A stretch of 44,288 bases of DNA from Parasitella parasitica NRRL 2501 (lineage: Eukaryota; Fungi; Mucoromycota): assembly GCA_025201805.1 (NCBI GenBank), contig MU619313.1, forward strand, positions 110,736 to 155,023, written 5' to 3'. The first letter of the stretch is position 1. Each line of letters starts with the position of its first letter. A program made the translations under genes and the position numbers. The notes under the pieces were generated by a model. That model saw only the letters and a list, made by a program, of their open reading frames with translations. It was not told the DNA's origin and did no database searches. This document shows, one piece after another, positions 36,346 through 44,288 of the stretch.

Positions 36346-37232
36346 ATGTCAAGTCAAACTTATACTACAAGTATTACAGTCTTTAAGCAAAAGAATAGCT
36401 CCATTTCTTCTGTAAATTCAAGTATGAGCACGAGTAAACAGCCTACTTTATCCAAGAACAACGTTACCAGTATAAAGGTTTCAAAAAGTAATAAAAAACC
36501 CCACCAAAACAAACAACAACAAGAAGAAGAACCTAAACAAAAGTCTAGCAAAGCCGTTAATGTGAATAGCAATGTTGTCTGCGTCTCCGCACCAACGACT
36601 CCACAACAAAGAAGAACTGTTTTACCGGTAAAAGCTAGAAGAGTTGAGCGTAGAAAAGAAATTGTGTCCATGACAGAAGCTCTCAAAGCCGATTTAGACA
36701 CTCCATCATCTACAGAATCAGATGACTCTACCTCGTCCTCTCTTGACAAAACCCAAACAAAGAAGAACAATGGCCAAAGCATCAAGCAACACAATAAAAA
36801 GTCAATCCCCACTATCATTAACGCCACTACTTCCACTACTATTCTCTTTGCGGAATCCGCAAAAAAGAGGTAAAATTTCTACTTTTCTGTGAATATTTCT
36901 TTGGATGCGTGAATAACCCAAATGTTCTTATTAGAGAACATCAGCAAAGAAATCGTCGTAGGTCAAGTAGTGTTATTGATGTTAGAAACAGCCATGTTTA
37001 TGCTGGACCCACCTTTAATAATGCACCTGCGCCAAGTGCCCTGCCTATCCCAGCATTTTCACCAACTCTTTTATCGGTTGATATTATCACTACCACTGCG
37101 GGTGGAAACGACGATCTCAAAAGACACTCCAAAGATTTAATGAATCTTTTATCACCAAAGCCTCATCACCGTGAATTTGACAGTGATTTATCCGAAATCC
37201 AGAGAGGACTAAGGTCCATGTTGAAGATATAG
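36346..37232 (+). CDS. PNRC/Edc1-like mRNA decapping activator (disordered); 2 exons
   Basis: YAGPTFNNAPAPSALPIPAF (36999-37058) matches the PNRC/Edc1 YAG...LPxP motif, and the protein ends in LRSMLKI. Intron at about 36870-36933. Confidence 0.75.
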
Positions 37233-37370
37233 ACTGTAGATGGTTTTTTTTTTGTTTCCATGCGCAACCTTTACAATATCGATATACCCTCTCCCCCCTT
37301 ACTCCTTGTGTATATTTTCGTCGTTGATGTTGTAGAGAATGGATTCTTTTTTTTTTCTTGTTTTTTTTTT

Positions 37371-37380
37371 NNNNNNNNNN
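37371..37380. other. 10-N assembly gap next to a poly-T run
   Basis: nnnnnnnnnn in the sequence. Confidence 0.95.
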
Positions 37381-38399
37381 TTTCATCATATTTCTTACAT
37401 TGTACCATATCCTTTCTCACACCCCCACTATTGTCACTGTACTATATCTGAGATAAAGGAAAATTTTAATTCATTGCTTATGGCCGAGTTTTTGGGAAAA
37501 CATATCCCCTGAACCTCATATCCTGTCTAGGGCTACTTATTTCAACAAATCAATCATCTTTCCTCATCTCTAAGCCCGAACCCTAGATCATCCTCTCAAC
37601 AACTTAACGACCAAACGCCCCACAACTAGAAACCTGCTAATTGCTTGCTTTTTTTCCTGGCAATTTGGTTGGCCAACTATTATCCATTTTTTTCTTAAAG
37701 TCGACGAACTTTGCCACCCCATTGACCCCACATTTTTGAATAGTTTTCAAATAATACCAAGAAAAAGTTTTATTTAATCTTTACAAAATGGGATACTTTA
37801 GCTGGGTAACACTCGTTAATGCCTTATTTTAAGGTTAAACCTTTTCATTTAAAAAAATGAATTCATAATAATCTACTTAAAAAGCTTTTTCTTGGTGATA
37901 TTATAAACTAGAAATAGGATCTATTTCTAACAATTACGAGTTGTACTACATGGCTATATTATTGACTACAACTCGTGTTTCTGCAGGCCTGCTTGGCCTT
38001 CAAATAATAAAAAGTTTATAATGCACACTGTAGAATACTTTTTGTATGCTTGAAATATTTTATTAGGATTTTGATCGGTACGATTGTCAGCTGTGCAGTT
38101 GATGATTCATTAGAGACTGAGGGATTGAAAAGCAAAAAGTTATATTACGCCTAATATAGTGGAAGGAAAAGTTCCTGAATATCTGCATTGTCAGCTATGA
38201 AGTAACAAATTAACTATAGAACATTAACGGTTGTTCTGGTAGGTGTTGTTATTGTTGTCTTTTTTTTTTTACCTTCAATCTTTGATTTAACATGAATAGA
38301 TGAATCCAAATCAGTACTCATAGAAGTATAGACAAAGCAGTATTATTGTGTTTTATCTTCTGTATTAAATTCTTTTTAGGGGAGAAATCTCCAGTTTTA

Positions 38400-39330
38400 T
38401 TATATGTCATTTATTTTAGAGGGAGTGGAGGAAAAATACGGTATATACAGGGAAGCGAAATAAAAGGTTGGGTCTTGAGAGAAAGTTGAGAGGAAATATT
38501 TGCAACAAAGCGGTGAAGAGAGAGTAAGACATGCTCAGGATTGAACGGAACATATTGAAATACTTGACGAGAGTGGGCGGACCAGATATACTGTTGAATG
38601 CAAGCAAATACTTGGTAGACGGATAGATCAGGAAAAAGGAAGCGGGTGGAACGATCAAATACGGGCTCGAAACGTAGGAGGGCGATGTATTCTTTGTAGG
38701 CAAGATGGAGGAAACGAGCCGAAATGCGATGGGATAGGGCTTGGCGCCAGACAAGCAGTTTGACAGGACACGAGAAGAGAAAGAAGAAGAGCGACAGTGG
38801 GGACAGAGAGGAGTGAATTGGTCCGGGAGGTTGTGATGAAGTTTACAACGGATTGTTATTTTTTCATGTAGTATTCGAAACCAAGTATTGTGAGCATTCA
38901 ACGAGATCTGGAGAAATCAAAATCATGTTACATTTGCCAGCAGGCAACGGAGAATGATGAGATGAGGTAGCTAAAGGAGGGGCTTTAAAGCCGCAGTTAA
39001 TAGAAAGCGAGATGATAAAAGAATGTGAAGTAAAATCAAAGTTAATCAATAGTAAGGAGAGTAGTAGTAAGTGGAGATGGCTAATGTTGGGCGTGCACAA
39101 GTACGATGTCGAGGATTGGAAGGTCAAGGCGGATCGGTGCTCGTGTTTTATTTGCCAAGTTACCAAAGGTCCCGAACAATAATACATTTTAATAGACCAA
39201 TTCGGGTCGAGCTTCAGAGTAAGTGGTCGTTTATCCGGTTCGAGTATGAATTTGAAAATTGTGGAAGAAACGCTTTACACGATTGTGTGGAGGAGTAAAA
39301 GCCCAAAGTTTATGAGCAAAGAAAAGTAAT
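38400..39330 (-). mobile_element. Degenerate 3' part of a non-LTR (LINE, L1/Tx1-like) retrotransposon ORF2 including the zf-RVT region
   Basis: NAHNTWFRILHEKITIRCKLHHNLPDQFTPLCPHC resembles the zinc-binding region that follows RT. Frameshifts and stops are present, and the minus strand is strongly C/T-rich. Boundaries approximate. Confidence 0.7.
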
Positions 39331-39364
39331 CTCAGTTGAGAACATCCCCCTCTTTCATTTCACC

Positions 39365-40447
39365 ATGGCAGCCCAAATCTCAAAGAAGAGAAAGGTTTGT
39401 GAAAACCGTTAGACGTCGGTGGATGGATGGATGAATTTTAGAGTCGAATTTTGACACCAACAAAAAAGAAGATCTCCACAGATGCACTCTTTTGTGATTT
39501 ATTATTCATCTGGAATTCCATCAATGCTATCAAAAACATTTATTAAATGTTTCTTTCTCTTTTGTATATCTTTTGTATACATTTGTTTTTGTCATTATAG
39601 TTCGTAAGTGGATATCTTCTATTACAAGATCATCTCCGCATCAAGTGAATTGACAATGTCATTTGAAAATGCTTTTGATTTAGGTCGCTGACGGTGTGTT
39701 CTACGCTGAACTTAACGAATTCTTCACCCGTGAACTCGCGGAAGATGGCTATGCTGGCGTTGAGGTCCGTGTCACTCCTGCTCGTACCGAGTAAGTCGTC
39801 TTTTACAAAAACTCCAGCTTTTGAACTGTCGATTAACCAAAACACAAATAAGAATTATCATCCGTGCCACACACACTCAAAATGTCCTTGGCGAGAAGGG
39901 TCGTCGTATCCGTGAATTGACCACTCTTGTCCAAAAGCGTTTCAAATTCCCTGAGAATGCTGTTGAACTTTATGCTGAACGTGTTCAAAACCGTGGTCTC
40001 TGTGCCATCGCTCAATGTGAGTCTGTCAAGTTCAAACTTCTTAACGGTTTGGCTGTTCGTCGTGCCTGTTATGGTGTTGTTCGTTTTGTCATGGAATCTG
40101 GTGCTAAGGGTTGTGAGGTCGTTGTCTCTGGCAAGGTCCGTGCTGCTCGTGCCAAGGCCATGAAGTTCGCTGACGGTTTCATGATTCACTCTGGTAACCC
40201 TGCTCGTGATTTCATTACCACTGCTGTTCGCCACGTTGATCTGCGTCAGGGTGTCTTGGGTATTAAAGTCAAGATCATGTTGGATAATGATCCTACTGGT
40301 CGTAACGGCCCCAAGCAATGTCTTCCCGATATTGTTACCATTCTTGAGCCTAAGGATGAAACTGCTATTGTTGAGCCCACCGCTCAAGATTTTAGACCTG
40401 CTCCTGCTGCCGCCACTGTTACTCAAGATGCTGTTGAGGCTAACTAA
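39365..40447 (+). CDS. RPS3: 40S ribosomal protein S3 (uS3); exons 39365-39394, 39601-39603, 39684-39790, 39853-40447
   Basis: [70 protein letters not shown]...[12 protein letters not shown]; strong codon bias. Confidence 0.97.
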
Positions 40448-41254
40448 TTTTTTTTTATTGTTATTATGATGTGTAAAAATGCGACTAATAAACTACAAAT
40501 GGATGTATTTTTGAATTGTCAAGGCTTCAAACAATCACTGAAATGGGATTAACATTTTGGGTGTATCGAGCCTAATTTATGCCACTTGATTGGCTGCAAC
40601 CTTTCTTTTTTTTTCTAATATGTAGAAGATTACTGAATATGTGTTGGTTGGTAGCGCTATAGAGTGTATTGCTGATTCGAGTTCATAAAATTGTTGATGT
40701 CCAAGTATTAAAGTCATTTATATAAAAAAAAAACTAGGTGCATATCATCTATCTATACTATTTAATTTGCTGTTAAAAGCTAAAATAATCGAAAGGGTTG
40801 ATTATGCTACGGTAATTCAAGGAAGCTGTGATAGAAACAAAGAGTACATGAATTAACAACGATAAAGTATGTTTCGATGCAAGCTCAGCAGCAAATGCAT
40901 CTACAATGTCTTTTCATAAAGACAATCAACCTTTATAGGCTTATATTGTTGGCCTAGCATACAGAATTTTTGACTAGATTCCATGAACCAAGACATGCAA
41001 CGCTACTATCACTACCCAATTCTTTCAATAGCTCTCTGTTTGAAATACTGAAAGAGCGAATATTCATTGAAAAAATAAGAAATAGGCTTTTTTGTCTTTG
41101 TTTTTGTTTTTGTTTTTTGAATTCTTATTACCTGCTCCATTAGCGGACGCAATTATCAAAGGTTATTATTCCAACAAAATATAAATTTAAGCGGTGGATT
41201 AGACTAAATGTGGATGGACTTGATTCATTGGCCGAGTGATAGTCATTTTAAAAG

Positions 41255-43879
41255 ATGAGCCGTTTTCCGTATCCATGTATCTCTTTCAAGATGAAGCTAG
41301 CACCGTCTTCTTACTTTTGCTTATTTTTGGTATTGGCCGGATTATTCAGAGCAATTCAAGTATATTATTTATCTACAAGGGACTTGAGAGTAGCCAACAA
41401 AGATGACAATTGGTATCAACAGCAGCAGCAAAAAACTAACCGTGTCGTGCTGCAACACGCAGATTACCGAAATTCAAGTGAAAGAATGGCTAATCAACCT
41501 GATCAAATCTTTTATTTTATACAAGTCTCTGACTTGCACATCTCAAAATTTCAACCAAAGGGACATACCATTCATTTTCTGCATTTCTTACAATCCGCTT
41601 TGCCCATTATCAACCCTGAATTCGTTGTCGTTACTGGAGATTTAATAGACGCCAAAGATGAGACTAAAACAGTATCAGCTCAATATCCTCAAGAATGGCA
41701 GGTGTACAAGTCTGCTGTTGAACAAGGCGTCAACGACACAGCTTGGTACGATATGCGTGGAAACCATGATTGCTTCGACTTGATTTCATGGGAAGCAGAA
41801 AACAATCTCTACCGTCAATTTGGAAAAAGCTCAAAAATATTGGATGACGGTAAAGGTGTCTATAGTTGGCAAGTATCAAAGACATTTGGTAACTATAATT
41901 TCGTTGCCGTCGATTCATGGTATGCGTTTGGTTACATATGTGTATCATTGTTGGATGCGTACTCACAAAATTTATATTATGGAAAGTCCTAAGAAGGGGC
42001 CCTCCCGCCCATTCAACTTTTTTGGGTACTTGACTACCAACAGCATGGATCGATTGGTCTCACAGATTATGCCTGCTTCATTCAATCATACATTTTTGGT
42101 AAATTATATATCACATCATGTAGCCGCAACATCATGTTGATAATTATTTGCTAGTTTTCGCACTATCCAACCACAACCATGTTCTCAGGAGTGTCATCTG
42201 AAGGATACAGTTTTAAGGATTTAGCAGATCATTTCAGCATCTACTTTTGCGGGCATTTGCATAAGCTTGTTGCCGGATTTGGAGAGGTCCTCAAAACCTA
42301 TAGAAGAGGGTCAGATTCTTTGGAATTGGAAGTGGCTGATATGAAAGATCATGGCGCATATCGCATTGTTGCAGTGGATCACGACTTGATTTCCTTTATA
42401 GATGTTGAGCTGCCTATCGTACAGATCCCACCTGTAGCTTCCAATATTGTCCCACTCACACAGGGCCACAAGATTATCTGGCCCGACAAGATTCACCTTG
42501 CACCTATCGTTTTAATTACAAATCCTAAAGATTCTCGTTACACTCTGCCAACGAAAGAGCCCCTTCATGTGTCGCGTCTTAGTACTCACATTCGCCTATT
42601 GATCTTTTCAGAATTTGCGCCAAAGGATTTAAAGATACAGACATTTGTGGATGACAAGCATCATGCGTTCCCCGCAGAGTTTATCGGCATAATTGACCAT
42701 AAAAACAACATGCCTCTATGGGCGATCATCTGGGATCCTGTTGATTTTGATGATTTTGAAACGCATTCTCTGCGTGTCCAGGTAACTGCTCCCGACGGTC
42801 AAGTAGGAACCCATGAAATCCCATTTAGAATGGATAACATGAGGGTCAAAATTCAAGGTGGAACAGGTGAATGGATTATTTGGGCTCACATTTCTATTCT
42901 GGTCCGATTTTTGTCCATATTTGCAGTTATCGCCATGTTGATTACAATCACTGCCCCGAAAATTTACAACGACTATGAGAAAAATCAACAGCTGGATGCA
43001 AGACGCACTCTTCGAAACAGAATTTTGCTTTTGATTCATGAAACCGATGTTGGTATTAATCGTGGCATTTACGCCATTATTCAAAAGCACATGTTGGTAT
43101 GGATACATCGTATTTTACAATTCCCTGAAGAGCAACCTTACGTTTGGTCGCTATGTTTCATTTGCCTGTTAAGTCTTTTGACATTGCCATGGTTCCGTGC
43201 GGAATTTATTCCTTCTGGTAAGGATAAAAACGAGGGCATAGGCTGGTTTTACCTGTGGGGTTTATTATTTGGACAGCATCAGTGGATCCCTTTAGATACT
43301 TGGATGTTTGCCATTTTTCAGTTAACATTTAATGTTGGCATCTTTATACTATATTTTATATGGAAATCTTCAAGCGCCTTTCAGTTGAAATGCAAAGGGA
43401 CCGGACAAGCGCCCAGTCAACTTGTTTGCGATCGAATATGGTTCCAGGTACTCGTTTTGATCTACTGGGTGTGGCGATTCCAGGGACTCTCGGATTTGGC
43501 CGCGTTTTACGGAGGTGTTTATCCTACTTTGGTACTTAATTTACTCATTTGGTGGCTAATTGGTGTTGTAGCTGTCGTTCTCATTGGTAAAAACGGTTTG
43601 TATAATTCTATCAAAAATTACCATAAACAACAGCAAGCTGAACCTGTTGGCGTTCCACTCGAAATTTGCCCTAGTTGTATTGATGCAGTAGGCGGCGGAG
43701 AAGATCCTACTGATAGTTTTTTTGTCACCACTGCTGGTCAAGATGAAGAACAGCATACAAATACCCAAGAAGAGTCTAGAGGAATCCTGTTTGATGCTGA
43801 TGGTAGCGATAGCTCATCTTCTACTTTCAATTCAACAAATAGGGCATTTAGGAGAAATGCCACCAACAAGAAAGATTAG
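41255..43879 (+). CDS. TMEM62-like calcineurin-type metallophosphoesterase with an Ig-like middle region and multi-pass membrane C-terminus; 3 exons (start may be the next ATG, 41291)
   Basis: QVSDLHISKF, VVVTGDLIDAK, DMRGNHDCF, PKKGPSRPFNFFG, FSHYPT, CGHLH, LELEVADMKDHGAYRIVAVDHDLISF, ILITNPKD-like segment and several TM helices. Confidence 0.85.
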
Positions 43880-44288
43880 AGAGCTGCTCTCTCTCTCTTT
43901 CTCTCTCTTTCTCTCTCTTTCTTCTTTTTCCGTTTTTCTTAAAGTAAGGAAAACCTGTACACTAAATCCTGAAATTATTGGGACACTTACAAAAAAAAAT
44001 TAGAGACAAAATTTAATTTTAAAATCAGACAGGAAAAATGAAATAATTCAAACATTTGGAAAAAAAAATATGGGACAAGAAAAATAATTGTTTGTCGTAC
44101 CTATAACAATCTCAGTTGCCTCCGCTTCGGCTTCCAATGTGGTAAATGCTCTCAGAGCCACGCTTTATTTTTCATATATATAGTAATAATAAATTTGAAT
44201 CCCTTTCTTCCCTATATCTTTCAAAGCCGCGCATCGTGGAACAAACTATGAGTGATATCAATGATGATCAAACAACAAAATACCTTAC

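Noticed and set aside
39395-39600. Long first intron of RPS3 as a possible snoRNA host
   Set aside because: No convincing C/D box pair with terminal stem, and no H/ACA architecture seen.
39833-40426. 197-aa antisense ORF over RPS3 (likewise 33959-34573 and 36360-36836)
   Set aside because: Shadow ORFs explained by codon bias or low complexity of the sense-strand genes.
43935-43960. AGTAAGGAAAA resembles the U12 snRNA branch-recognition sequence
   Set aside because: It lacks the preceding GCCTTAAAC segment and lies in the 3' UTR of the TMEM62-like gene.
44100-44288. Possible 3' exons of a minus-strand gene at the window edge (donor-like GTAAGG, peptide VALRAFTTLEAEAEATEIV)
   Set aside because: Frames do not join cleanly and the context is cut off.

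Overview
Eukaryotic, AT-rich genomic DNA with many short (about 55-90 nt) introns. Gene content and intron style suggest an early-diverging fungus, probably Mucorales/Mucoromycota (inference). Splicing the sequence by hand gives about 14 protein-coding genes: ELMO/CED-12, a small acidic unknown, DPH1, a SUR7/PalI-like tetraspan, an ankyrin+DIL protein, a class C (GABA-B-like) GPCR with a PH-like tail, a DCAF6/DCAF8/WDTC1-type WD40 protein, VPS11, a hidden 95-aa two-exon gene, a cytochrome b5-acyl-CoA dehydrogenase fusion, a CLIP-170/Bik1-like CAP-Gly protein, a PNRC/Edc1-like decapping activator, RPS3 and a TMEM62-like metallophosphoesterase. There are also a decayed Myb/SANT-like (Harbinger-type) pseudogene, a LINE remnant close upstream of RPS3, an 86-nt structured direct repeat and two assembly gaps. 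The most notable signals are: (1) a minor-spliceosome (U12-type) AT-AC intron in VPS11 with an unusually distant branch site; (2) an unlisted N-myristoylation-motif, Tyr/Gln/Asn-rich microprotein gene; (3) a TAGTAG tandem acceptor that could switch the GPCR between a full receptor and an ectodomain-only form; (4) a 3-nt microexon in RPS3; (5) two GC-AG introns. All family assignments are from motif recognition by eye; no database searches were run.
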